The notes under the pieces were generated by a model, which was not told the DNA's origin, ran no database searches, and was given only the letters and a program-made list of their open reading frames with translations. A DNA stretch of 22,088 nucleotides, taken from a virus (taxonomy: Duplodnaviria > Heunggongvirae > Uroviricota > Caudoviricetes). Below are positions 8,987-18,487 of the stretch, piece after piece (position 1 is the stretch's first letter; every line of letters begins with the position of its first letter). A program made the position numbers and the translations under genes. Location of the stretch: the IMG/VR virus record IMGVR_UViG_2541047854_000005. One strand, given 5' to 3'.

Positions 8987-9364
8987 ATGCGTGATATTCA
9001 GATGGTTCTTGAGCGTTGGGGAGCGTGGGCGGCTAATAATCATGAAGATGTGACCTGGTCGTCCATTGCCGCCGGTTTTAAGGGATTAATTCCTTCAAAA
9101 GTAAAATCTCGCCCACAATGTTGTGACGATGACGCGATGATCATTTGCGGGTGCATGGCCCGTCTGAAAAAGAACAACAGCGATTTGCATGATTTATTGG
9201 TGGACTATTATGTCGGCGGCATGACTTTTATGGCGCTTGCACGTAAGCATGGGCGATCTGATTGTTGGGTTGGCAGGATGCTTCAGAAAGCTGAGGGCGT
9301 AGTGGAGGGTATGCTGATGGTGTTGGATCTCCGATTGGAGATGGATGCTGATTGTTCGAAATAA
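8987..9364 (+). CDS. quuD: Late-gene antiterminator Q (phage-21/DLP12 type)
   Basis: [24 protein letters not shown]... matches recalled QuuD; GGAG ribosome-binding site before the ATG at 8987; lies upstream of the late terminator and lysis genes. Confidence 0.8.
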   Translation: MRDIQMVLERWGAWAANNHEDVTWSSIAAGFKGLIPSKVKSRPQCCDDDAMIICGCMARLKKNNSDLHDLLVDYYVGGMTFMALARKHGRSDCWVGRMLQKAEGVVEGMLMVLDLRLEMDADCSK

Positions 9365-9463
9365 TTAAAGGAAAAGTTGCTGTCTGATTGTCATTAGTCT
9401 AACATTTTAAATGTTGGAATCGCAACGTAGTTATTATCATATAACAGCTTGTTTCCTGATTTA

Positions 9464-9491
9464 GCCAGCCTCCCCAAAGGCTGGTTTTTTT
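9464..9491 (+). terminator. Rho-independent terminator, tR'-like, downstream of Q
   Basis: gccagcc-tccccaaa-ggctgg hairpin followed by seven T; expected position for the Q-antiterminated late leader terminator. Confidence 0.6.
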
Positions 9492-9519
9492 CTAATAAGT
9501 ATTATTTCGGGTAGGGATT

Positions 9520-10044
9520 TTATTGTTTAACCCATAATAATTCATTGACATTGAATCCCAACTTTTGAGCGGTTCGCACATAGTCTGCTTTTACTTTATC
9601 TGGAATAGTTGGGGTCCTTGCCAGAATCCATAGGTATTCTCTGTTCGGACCACTGACAAGAGCATACTTATACTCATCATCCAGTTTGATTACATTATAG
9701 CCACCATAGAAGGGGCCAAAAAACGAAACCTTCAATGCTGCAGTTTTAGTATCTCCAGTAAAGTATGCTTTACCTTCGCTCTCGCTCCATTTATTTTTCG
9801 TTGGATCGTATCCACGGTTAAGTACACGAATCCCTCCGTCGTTCCGTTTTCCATAAGTAGCGCTGACCTGTTCCAGACCACGTTCGAACCGGTTCTCGAG
9901 GCGAGCTATTTCATACCATTTTCCGAGGTAGCGGTTGGCGTCAAAATTTGTAATCGGCTGCACACCTTTAGGTGGTGTCGGGGCCTTACATGCTATAAGA
10001 GTGAAAGAGAGTGCAATGCCAGTCAACACAGGCCATAACTTCAT
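9520..10044 (-). CDS. Blc-like bacterial lipocalin, outer-membrane lipoprotein (174 aa)
   Basis: Lipobox LIAC in the signal peptide; KAYFTG...AALKVSFFGPFYGGYNVI...YLWILARTP matches recalled Blc motifs; opposite strand to the late transcript. Confidence 0.8.
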   Translation of the reverse strand: MKLWPVLTGIALSFTLIACKAPTPPKGVQPITNFDANRYLGKWYEIARLENRFERGLEQVSATYGKRNDGGIRVLNRGYDPTKNKWSESEGKAYFTGDTKTAALKVSFFGPFYGGYNVIKLDDEYKYALVSGPNREYLWILARTPTIPDKVKADYVRTAQKLGFNVNELLWVKQ

Positions 10045-10236
10045 AATAAATCCTGTACTTTTGATAGTTGAGAGTAAGTATGAAAGATAGATGATTACGA
10101 CCGATCACTTAAAGAACTTTCATACTATATTAGGAATAGTCCATAACAGAAAAATTGTCAGTGATGACGCCAGAAAGGCAATTTATTCCGTGCACTACAC
10201 AGTTTATGTGTTAATGAATTAGTCAAGGGGGAGAAT

Positions 10237-11196
10237 ATGATAAAAAAACCTGTGATTGGAATCAGCGGTTGTTTGGCCGGTTCTGCTGTTCGTTTTGATG
10301 GTGGTCACAAAAGAGCTGACTTTTTAATGGACAAATTAGTGGAATGGGTAACATTCAGACCAGTATGTCCGGAAATGGCTATAGGGCTGCCAGTTCCGCG
10401 TCCTGCTCTACGTCTTGTGCGCTCGACGCAAGGAAATATACGGATGTGTTTCAGCCACGACCAGAATGAGGATGTGACAGAGAGAATGACAGAGTTTAGT
10501 CGTTCTTATATGGACAAATTAAAGGATGTATCGGGGTTTGTGGTTTGTGCTAAATCTCCCAGCTGTGGCATGGAGCGCGTGCGTGTCTATGATGAAAATG
10601 GTAATCGAGGTCGTAAAGATGGAGTGGGACTATTTACGAGCACTTTGATGGAAAAGTTTTCCTGGCTACCGGTTGAAGAGGATGGGCGATTACATGATCC
10701 AGTGCTTCGTGAGAATTTTGTTGAAAGAGTTTTTGCTTTGCATGAGCTCAATCACCTTTACAAGGAGAAATTATCAAGAAGAGAGTTATTAGCTTTTCAT
10801 AGTCGTTATAAGCTTCAGTTGTTGGCGCATAGTCAGGCAGGCTATAAAGATATGGGACCATTTGTGGCTGCAATACACGAGTGGGCGGACCTTGAATCAT
10901 ACTTTGAGGTGTATCGTGATAAGCTGATGGCGATTCTCAGAAAACCTGCATCACGTAAAAATCACACGAATGTGCTGATGCATATACAGGGGTATTTTAG
11001 TAACTACTTAAGTACACGCCAGCGTAAAGAGTTGAGCGAGGTTATACTTAACTATCGTTCTGGCACATTACCTCTTCTTGCGCCGTTGACTCTGCTGAAG
11101 CATTATCTGGGTGAGTATCCTAATGATTACTTGCTTACACAGAATTACTTCGATTCCTATCCGGACGAACTGGCTCTAAGACTGATGGTAAATTAA
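10237..11196 (+). CDS. DUF523 (TudS-like 2-thiouracil desulfurase) fused to DUF1722 (YbgA-like), 319 aa
   Basis: GGGGAG ribosome-binding site; N-terminus KPVIGISGCLAG...RPVCPE...CAKSPSCGMERV has the Cys pattern of DUF523; the C-terminal half resembles YbgA. Domain calls are from memory. Confidence 0.6.
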   Translation: MIKKPVIGISGCLAGSAVRFDGGHKRADFLMDKLVEWVTFRPVCPEMAIGLPVPRPALRLVRSTQGNIRMCFSHDQNEDVTERMTEFSRSYMDKLKDVSGFVVCAKSPSCGMERVRVYDENGNRGRKDGVGLFTSTLMEKFSWLPVEEDGRLHDPVLRENFVERVFALHELNHLYKEKLSRRELLAFHSRYKLQLLAHSQAGYKDMGPFVAAIHEWADLESYFEVYRDKLMAILRKPASRKNHTNVLMHIQGYFSNYLSTRQRKELSEVILNYRSGTLPLLAPLTLLKHYLGEYPNDYLLTQNYFDSYPDELALRLMVN

Positions 11197-11547
11197 TTGT
11201 ATGCGATATCATCCAAAAGGATGAGTTCCTGCATGCAGGATATTTACAATCGTAAAAACTACACTATGATACCCAGAGTGTCAGTTTGTATAAAAACTCT
11301 GTTTACGCTGAAGAAACAATTGAGATGCAACTTAAAGTTGGTAAACATGCCAGTCAAAATATATAATATTATGATTCCACGCAGCTATATATAATATAAC
11401 GGATTGGTTTAATAATTTGTCTTTGTGAGTTAAATACATAATTTTATACTTGTGATGCAATGAAATTTTCCTTATTGTTGAACTGGCGAATATTGATTTT
11501 CCACCTATACTTACCTGGTGTAACCCCAATGATATCAGGTGGATAAT

Positions 11548-12279
11548 ATGCCATACATATGTTCTATCATTTTGGTGTTGAACTCGTTTGATGTCCGAAT
11601 TGGTAAAGAAGATATTTTGTTTAAAAAAGGAAGTGCTGTTCTCATTGATTACAATTTAAAAGATTTTTTTTCATCAAATATAGATCATGTAATGATCGTA
11701 GATGTTGAAGAGAAAACAGTTAATGATTTCTTTAAAAGCAACACACTCTCACCTTTTTCTGTAAGAAGGTTTTATCCGGCATACTTGATGGTGGAATGTG
11801 AAGATTTTTCATTGTTAAAGAACTTGATTGCATGCTTGAATTGTGATGGCAGAACTGTGGATTTTGTTAGAAATCAAATATCACTTGCATGTCTTGCTAT
11901 CTTATCTTCAGAGAAAATAGTGCAAAGTTTTTTATTTGGATGTCTTAATAGTTTAGGAAGTAAAGTTAAGGCTATTATTCACACGGATATATCTGCAGCA
12001 TGGAGACTTTGTGATATATCTTCAAGACTGTATCTGAGTGAAAGTCTGTTAAAAAGAAAATTAAAGCACGAAGGCTTATCATTTAGTAAGTTAATTCTTG
12101 AAGAGCGAATGGTGATGGCGGAAAGCTTATTAAGCTACAATTTATATTCTGTTGGAAAAGTTGCTGAGATATGCGGTTATGAAAACACGTCATATTTTGT
12201 AAGTGTTTTCAGAAGGTATTTTGGTGTTCCTCCCCATCAATATTCATCAAGATTTTTTTTAGAAAAAGACATGATGTAA
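11548..12279 (+). CDS. AraC/XylS-family transcriptional regulator (243 aa from the ATG at 11548)
   Basis: C-terminal AraC HTH (ICGYENTSYFVSVFRRYFGVPPHQY); AGGTGGA ribosome-binding site before the ATG; markedly AT-rich gene. Confidence 0.8.
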   Translation: MPYICSIILVLNSFDVRIGKEDILFKKGSAVLIDYNLKDFFSSNIDHVMIVDVEEKTVNDFFKSNTLSPFSVRRFYPAYLMVECEDFSLLKNLIACLNCDGRTVDFVRNQISLACLAILSSEKIVQSFLFGCLNSLGSKVKAIIHTDISAAWRLCDISSRLYLSESLLKRKLKHEGLSFSKLILEERMVMAESLLSYNLYSVGKVAEICGYENTSYFVSVFRRYFGVPPHQYSSRFFLEKDMM

Positions 12280-12466
12280 CGTGATGCGTTTTAATGATTT
12301 TGTAATTTTCGTATTTGATAATTGTATGATGCTTTCAGCTACGCCAGAATAATCGCGGCGTTTTTCTTTTTGAATAGATGTTCAAGCCTTACGCTAATGT
12401 AACTTCTATACCTTTCCTCTTCGTTCCGAACCGTGTACACCATCCGTTATTTGCGGAGGTGAGGCT

Positions 12467-12682
12467 ATGAAATCCATGGATAAGTTAACAACGGGCATTG
12501 CCTACGGCACCTCCGCAGGCAGTGCTGGCTACTGGTTTTTACAGCTGCTCGATAAAGTCACGCCCTCACAGTGGGCAGCAATAGGTGTGCTGGGTAGCTT
12601 GGTATTTGGCCTGCTGACGTACCTGACAAACCTTTATTTCAAGATTAAAGAAGATAAGCGCAAGGCTGCGAGAGGTGAATAA
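12467..12682 (+). CDS. essD: Class II holin, phage-21 S-type pinholin with dual-start motif (71 aa)
   Basis: [24 protein letters not shown]... matches recalled S21/EssD; Met1-Lys-Ser-Met4 dual start; GGAGGTGAGG ribosome-binding site. Confidence 0.9.
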   Translation: MKSMDKLTTGIAYGTSAGSAGYWFLQLLDKVTPSQWAAIGVLGSLVFGLLTYLTNLYFKIKEDKRKAARGE

Positions 12683-13179
12683 TGCCTCCATCATTACGAA
12701 AAGCCGTTGCTGCTGCTATTGGTGGCGGAGCAATTGCTATAGCATCAGTGTTAATCACTGGCCCAAGTGGTAACGATGGTCTGGAAGGTGTCAGCTACAT
12801 ACCATACAAAGATATCGTTGGCGTATGGACTGTATGTCACGGGCATACAGGAAAAGACATCATTCCCGGTAAAACGTATACCGAAGCAGAATGCAAAGCC
12901 CTCCTGAATAAAGACCTTGCCACGGTAGCCAGACAAATTAACCCGTACATCAAAGTCGATATACCGGAAACAACGCGCGGCGCTCTTTACTCGTTCGTCT
13001 ATAACGTGGGCGCAGGCAATTTCAGAACATCTACTCTTCTTCGCAAAATAAACCAGGGCGATATCAAGGGCGCATGTGACCAGCTACGTCGCTGGGCATA
13101 CGCTGGCGGTAAGCAATGGAAAGGCCTGATGACTCGTCGTGAGATTGAGCGTGAGGTCTGTTTGTGGGGGCAACAATGA
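12682..13179 (+). CDS. rrrD: SAR endolysin, phage-21 R-type lysozyme (165 aa)
   Basis: N-terminal signal-anchor-release segment [19 protein letters not shown]; lysozyme core; TAATG overlap with the holin stop. Confidence 0.9.
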   Translation: MPPSLRKAVAAAIGGGAIAIASVLITGPSGNDGLEGVSYIPYKDIVGVWTVCHGHTGKDIIPGKTYTEAECKALLNKDLATVARQINPYIKVDIPETTRGALYSFVYNVGAGNFRTSTLLRKINQGDIKGACDQLRRWAYAGGKQWKGLMTRREIEREVCLWGQQ

Positions 13180-13643
13180 GCAGGGTAACCGCGATTATCT
13201 CCGCTCTGGTTATCTGCATCATCGTCTGCCTGTCATGGGCTGTTAATCATTACCGTGATAATGCAATCGCCTACAAAGAACAGCGCGATAACAAGGCCAG
13301 TGAACTGGAGAAGGCGAACGCCACCATTACTGACATGCAGCAGCGCCAGCGTGATGCTGATGCACTCGATGATAAATACACGAAGGAGTTAGCTGATGCG
13401 AAAGCTGAAAATGATGCTCTTCGGCGCAAGCTTGATAATGGTGGTCGGGTGCTCGTCAAAGGAAAATGCCCTGTGCCATCCTCAGCCGAAACCTCCAGCG
13501 CCTCCGGCATGGGCAATGATGCCACCGTCGAACTCTCTCCAGTTGCTGGACGAAACGTTCTCGGTATCCGGGACGGAATTATCCGCGACCAAACAGCACT
13601 GAGAACGCTTCAGGAATACATCAGGACGCAATGCCTTCGATGA
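13176..13643 (+). CDS. rzpD: Rz i-spanin (155 aa from the ATG at 13176)
   Basis: [30 protein letters not shown]... with N-terminal transmembrane segment and coiled-coil region; ATGA overlap with the endolysin stop. Confidence 0.85.
   Translation: MSRVTAIISALVICIIVCLSWAVNHYRDNAIAYKEQRDNKASELEKANATITDMQQRQRDADALDDKYTKELADAKAENDALRRKLDNGGRVLVKGKCPVPSSAETSSASGMGNDATVELSPVAGRNVLGIRDGIIRDQTALRTLQEYIRTQCLR
13396..13602 (+). CDS. rzoD: Rz1 o-spanin lipoprotein, embedded in Rz in the +1 frame (68 aa)
   Basis: GAAGGAG ribosome-binding site; lipobox VVGC; proline-rich [16 protein letters not shown]. Confidence 0.8.
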   Translation: MRKLKMMLFGASLIMVVGCSSKENALCHPQPKPPAPPAWAMMPPSNSLQLLDETFSVSGTELSATKQH

Positions 13644-13817
13644 TAGCGATAATTTTACTCATCATCCTTCACATCTGGCTCTGTAGACAGGGTGGTGCTC
13701 ACTTCTGGAGTGAATCCAGATTAAACATCTCATTGCTGATGCTTGATATTGAGCATTTTGCGCGCGGTAAGGGGCTGCGTTGAGATAAGAGCCAGTCATT
13801 ACAAATACCAGGATTTA

Positions 13818-13840
13818 GCCTCGCATTCGCGGGGCTTTTT
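13818..13840 (+). terminator. Rho-independent terminator after the lysis cassette
   Basis: gcctcgc-attc-gcggggc hairpin (one G-U pair) followed by five T; a second perfect 9-bp inverted repeat (aaagccact...agtggcttt) lies at 13853-13878. Confidence 0.5.
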
Positions 13841-14134
13841 ATTGCCATTACAAAAGCCACTTCCTACAGAGTGGCTTTGATAATGGCTTATACCCTACAC
13901 GGGATAACTTAACTGATATCCCTTTTAAAGGATAAAGGTATTCAAGCCTGACACATCATGCGCTGTATCGTCGCCGTATTCCCGTATTAACAGAGACCGT
14001 AGCCCGACGGGGAACTCCTTCTGCGCGAGTGTGTGGGAATAATCAAAAACGATGCACACCGGGGTTACCGGGTACACATATTTCATCATGCCAGCGAGTC
14101 CGGTTCTGGCACGGAAGAAACCGGACGTTATGAT

Positions 14135-14545
14135 TTAGTGCGGAAATATTTGTGTAGTGTTCTGAATGTTCTCAGTAAAGAGTAATGAATTATCAAAGGT
14201 ATAGTAATACCTTTTGTTTTCGTGGATATTTGTAATCCATCTGAAAACCCCTGCTGTAGCAAGATTTTTCCTGTATTCGTAAAATGATAACTCTCCTGAT
14301 TTGAATCCTTTTAAGGTGGCTTCTATAAGGCATTTATTTTTTGAAAATCTTACATTTACAACCTTACCCTGTCCTTTTATTAAAACCGTATTATCGTTTT
14401 CAAGAACAAGATGAATATTCTCTGTGGCTAAATAGTAAATGTAATGTGAGACATTGTGACGTTTTAGTTCAGAATAAAACCAGTGATAGTTTAAATTATT
14501 TCGCACTTTATCGAATATTTGTTTAAAAATGGCAACCTGAGCCAT
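14135..14545 (-). CDS. ybcV: YbcV-like DUF1398 protein (136 aa from the second ATG)
   Basis: [30 protein letters not shown]... matches the recalled lambda right-end orf / DLP12 YbcV; GGAAGG ribosome-binding site before the ATG at 14545. Confidence 0.8.
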   Translation of the reverse strand: MAQVAIFKQIFDKVRNNLNYHWFYSELKRHNVSHYIYYLATENIHLVLENDNTVLIKGQGKVVNVRFSKNKCLIEATLKGFKSGELSFYEYRKNLATAGVFRWITNIHENKRYYYTFDNSLLFTENIQNTTQIFPH

Positions 14546-14601
14546 TGTAGTACCTTCCATGTGATATGAGGGGTGTAGTCTGCACGATTATCTAAATTGC
14601 T

Positions 14602-14835
14602 TCAATCTGGTCTGATCTGTTTTCTGAGCAATTCAGTAATGTCACTCTTTTCTTTGTTTGCTTCAGGAGAAACTCTTTTTTCTGAGCACAGTCTCCGGCG
14701 GCAGGCTTCAATGACCCAGGCTGAGAAATTCCCGGACCCTTTTTGATCAAGAGCGATGTTAATTTGTTCAATCATTTGGTTAGGAAAGCGGATGTTGCGG
14801 GTTGTTGTTCTGCGGGTTCTGTTCTTCGTTGACAT
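14602..14835 (-). CDS. Small basic ribbon-helix-helix-like protein of the lambda right end (77 aa)
   Basis: MSTKNRTRRTTTRNIRFPNQMIEQINIALDQKGSGNFSAWVIEACRRRL; conserved position between the ybcV-like gene and cos. Confidence 0.6.
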   Translation of the reverse strand: MSTKNRTRRTTTRNIRFPNQMIEQINIALDQKGSGNFSAWVIEACRRRLCSEKRVSPEANKEKSDITELLRKQIRPD

Positions 14836-15034
14836 GAGGTTGTCCCGTATTCAGTGTCGCTGATTTGTATTGTCTGAAGTTGTTTTTACGTTAAGTTGAT
14901 GCAGATCAATTAATATGATACCTGCGTCATAATTGATTATTTGACGTGGTTTGATGGCGTAGATGCACGTTGTGACATGCAGATGATAATTATTATCATT
15001 TTGCGGGTCCTTTCCGGCGATCCGACAGGTTACG

Positions 15035-15046
15035 GGGCGGCGACCT
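15035..15046 (+). other. cosN cohesive-end site (GGGCGGCGACCT), with cosB/Nu1-binding region to about 15223
   Basis: Exact lambda 12-nt cohesive-end sequence, followed by sequence matching recalled lambda cosB up to the Nu1 start. Confidence 0.85.
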
Positions 15047-15223
15047 CGCGGGTTTTCGCTATTTATGAAAATTTTCCGGTTTAAGGCGTTTCCGTTCTTC
15101 TTCGTCATAACTTAATGTTTTTATTTAAAATACCCTCTGAAAAGAAAGGAAACGACAGGTGCTGAAAGCGAGCTTTTTGGCCTCTGTCGTTTCCTTTCTC
15201 TGTTTTTGTCCGTGGAATGAACA

Positions 15224-15769
15224 ATGGAAGTCAACAAAAAGCAGCTGGCTGACATTTTCGGTGCGAGTATCCGTACCATTCAGAACTGGCAGGAACAGGG
15301 AATGCCCGTTCTGCGAGGCGGTGGCAAGGGTAATGAGGTGCTTTATGACTCTGCCGCCGTCATAAAATGGTATGCCGAAAGGGATGCTGAAATTGAGAAC
15401 GAAAAGCTGCGCCGGGAGGTTGAAGAACTGCGGCAGGCCAGCGAGGCAGATCTCCAGCCAGGAACTATTGAGTACGAACGCCATCGACTTACGCGTGCGC
15501 AGGCCGACGCACAGGAACTGAAGAATGCCAGAGACTCCGCTGAAGTGGTGGAAACCGCATTCTGTACTTTCGTGTTGTCGCGGATCGCAGGTGAAATTGC
15601 CAGTATTCTCGACGGGCTCCCCCTGTCGGTGCAGCGGCGTTTTCCGGAACTGGAAAACCGACATGTTGATTTCCTGAAACGGGATATCATCAAAGCCATG
15701 AACAAAGCAGCCGCGCTGGATGAACTGATACCGGGGTTGCTGAGTGAATATATCGAACAGTCAGGTTAA
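15224..15769 (+). CDS. nohD: Terminase small subunit Nu1 (181 aa)
   Basis: MEVNKKQLADIFGASIRTIQNWQEQGMPVLRGGGKGNEVLYD... matches recalled lambda Nu1. Confidence 0.95.
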   Translation: MEVNKKQLADIFGASIRTIQNWQEQGMPVLRGGGKGNEVLYDSAAVIKWYAERDAEIENEKLRREVEELRQASEADLQPGTIEYERHRLTRAQADAQELKNARDSAEVVETAFCTFVLSRIAGEIASILDGLPLSVQRRFPELENRHVDFLKRDIIKAMNKAAALDELIPGLLSEYIEQSG

Positions 15770-18197
15770 CAGGCTGCGGCATTTTGTCCGCGCCGGGCTT
15801 CGCTCACTGTTCAGGCCGGAGCCACAGACCGCCGTTGAATGGGCGGATGCTAATTACTATCTCCCGAAAGAATCCGCATACCAGGAAGGGCGCTGGGAAA
15901 CACTGCCCTTTCAGCGGGCCATCATGAATGCGATGGGCAGCGACTACATCCGTGAGGTGAATGTGGTGAAGTCTGCCCGTGTCGGTTATTCCAAAATGCT
16001 GCTGGGTGTTTATGCCTACTTTATAGAGCATAAGCAGCGCAACACCCTTATCTGGTTGCCGACGGATGGTGATGCCGAGAACTTTATGAAAACCCACGTT
16101 GAGCCGACTATTCGTGATATTCCGTCGCTGCTGGCGCTGGCCCCGTGGTATGGCAAAAAGCACCGGGATAACACGCTCACCATGAAGCGTTTCACTAATG
16201 GGCGTGGCTTCTGGTGCCTGGGCGGTAAAGCGGCAAAAAACTACCGTGAAAAGTCGGTGGATGTGGCGGGTTATGATGAACTTGCTGCTTTTGATGATGA
16301 TATTGAACAGGAAGGCTCTCCGACGTTCCTGGGTGACAAGCGTATTGAAGGCTCGGTCTGGCCAAAGTCCATCCGTGGCTCCACGCCAAAAGTGAGAGGC
16401 ACCTGTCAGATTGAGCGTGCAGCCAGTGAATCCCCGCATTTTATGCGTTTTCATGTTGCCTGCCCGCACTGCGGGGAGGAGCAGTATCTTAAATTTGGCG
16501 ACAAAGAGACGCCGTTTGGCCTCAAATGGACGCCGGATGACCCCTCCAGCGTGTTTTATCTCTGCGAGCATAATGCCTGCGTCATCCGCCAGCAGGAGCT
16601 GGACTTTACTGATGCCCGTTATATCTGCGAAAAGACCGGGATCTGGACCCGTGATGGCATTCTCTGGTTTTCGTCATCCGGTGAAGAGATTGAGCCACCT
16701 GACAGTGTGACCTTTCACATCTGGACAGCGTACAGCCCGTTCACCACCTGGGTGCAGATTGTCAAAGACTGGATGAAAACGAAAGGGGATACGGGAAAAC
16801 GTAAAACCTTCGTAAACACCACGCTCGGTGAGACGTGGGAGGCGAAAATTGGCGAACGTCCGGATGCTGAAGTGATGGCAGAGCGGAAAGAGCATTATTC
16901 AGCGCCCGTTCCTGACCGTGTGGCTTACCTGACCGCCGGTATCGACTCCCAGCTGGACCGCTACGAAATGCGCGTATGGGGATGGGGGCCGGGTGAGGAA
17001 AGCTGGCTGATTGACCGGCAGATTATTATGGGCCGCCACGACGATGAACAGACGCTGCTGCGTGTGGATGAGGCCATCAATAAAACCTATACCCGCCGGA
17101 ATGGTGCAGAAATGTCGATATCCCGTATCTGCTGGGATACTGGCGGGATTGACCCGACCATTGTGTATGAACGCTCGAAAAAACATGGGCTGTTCCGGGT
17201 GATCCCCATTAAAGGTGCATCCGTCTACGGAAAGCCGGTGGCCAGCATGCCACGTAAGCGAAACAAAAACGGGGTTTACCTTACCGAAATCGGTACGGAT
17301 ACCGCGAAAGAGCAGATTTATAACCGCTTCACACTGACGCCGGAAGGGGATGAACCGCTTCCCGGTGCCGTTCACTTCCCGAATAACCCGGATATCCGGT
17401 TTGATAAATATGACGGTAGCGCAACAACTTTTCTTGGTGATGCGTATATTGATACACAAACGCTTGAAATTAATATGACAGGCGGCGCTGCCTCAAGGAT
17501 TACAGCGAGAGTCAGAAAGGACGAAGCTACCGGATGGATTTTTGCAGAGGCAACAATTCAGGCAATTGATGGGGAGTTAAAAATAGGTTCTCAGATACAG
17601 TATTCTCCTAAGCAGGGCGGGGCAACCGTATCTGGTGACTATATTTATCTGGCCACCCCACAAGTAGAAAATGGGCCTTGTGTATCATCTTTTATTATAT
17701 CAGGAACGACGGCGGCGACCCGCGCAAGCGATATAGTTACAGTTCCCATTAAGAATAATCTTTATAATCTTCCTTTTACGGTTCTTTGTGAGGTACATAA
17801 GAACTGGTATAAAACGCCAAATGCAGCGCCGCGTGTTTTTGACACCGGCGGTCATCAAACCGGAGCGGCAATTATTCTTGGATTCGGTTCTTCAGCAGAT
17901 TACGACGGATTTCCTTATTGCGATATTGGAGGAGCTAACAGACGGGTAAACGAAAACGCATTGCTTGAAAAAATGGTTATGGGGATGCGTGTAAAGTCAG
18001 ATCAGTCTACGTGCTCAGTAAGTAACGGGCGTATATCCAGCCAAACAAAAACCACATGGTCCTGTATTCAGAACACCGCAATTATCCGTATTGGAGGCCA
18101 GACTACAGCCGGGTTACGTCATTTATTTGGTCATGTCAGGAATTTCAGAATATGGCACAAGGCATTGACTGATGCTCAGGTGGGGGAGTCAATCTAA
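15744..18197 (+). pseudogene. aaaD: Terminase large subunit A fragment (codons 1 to about 551) fused in frame to a tail-fibre-like C-terminal segment (817-aa chimeric ORF)
   Basis: Residues 1-551 match recalled lambda gpA (MNISNSQVNRLRHF...GAVHFPNNPDI); from about nt 17396 the sequence diverges into a lectin-like tail-fibre-type C-terminus (...FRIWHKALTDAQVGESI); the A nuclease/ATPase C-terminus and all head/tail genes are missing. Confidence 0.85.
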
Positions 18198-18478
18198 TGA
18201 AAGATTTAACACTCAAATTTGCCGACAGGGCCGACTTTTCGGCCTTTATGGAGAGTACTGGCTATTATGATGACGAGTCGATGCAGGATGATATTCTTAT
18301 TGACGTGATAGGTAACGTGTACAAAGAAACCGGAGAACTGAATGAAGATGGCGAACCGGTATGTGTTAAGGAAGACGGATATTTTGTAAACGTGCGCATC
18401 ATTAATGATGTGAAAACACCGTCAATATTCGATGAATACGTGGTTGCTGTTGAGCATCAACTTCGTGGCTGGATGTGA
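18197..18478 (+). CDS. Hypothetical acidic protein (93 aa) between the fusion ORF and the tail fibre
   Basis: Start overlaps the upstream stop (TAATG); no motif recognised. Confidence 0.45.
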   Translation: MKDLTLKFADRADFSAFMESTGYYDDESMQDDILIDVIGNVYKETGELNEDGEPVCVKEDGYFVNVRIINDVKTPSIFDEYVVAVEHQLRGWM

Positions 18479-18487
18479 GGAAGAATA

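Noticed and set aside
11197-11529. Two small overlapping ORFs (65 aa each) in the AT-rich spacer before the AraC gene
   Set aside because: Very AT-rich low-complexity translations with no ribosome-binding sites; more likely the promoter region of the AraC gene.
13644-14134. bor-like lipoprotein gene expected between Rz and the ybcV-like gene
   Set aside because: No ORF of 60 codons or more on either strand; the region holds only hairpins, so bor appears to be absent.
14135-14835. ybcV-like gene plus RHH-like small protein as a toxin-antitoxin pair
   Set aside because: Both correspond to conserved lambda right-end genes and are separated by 56 bp without translational coupling; no toxin-like motif seen.
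14851-15108. 85-aa minus-strand ORF spanning cosN
   Set aside because: It covers the cos site and cosB region that matches lambda non-coding sequence; no ribosome-binding site; likely a chance ORF.
15804-16571. 255-aa minus-strand ORF (also 16899-17459 and 15343-15705)
   Set aside because: Antisense to the terminase and Nu1 genes, which are well supported; typical shadow ORFs.
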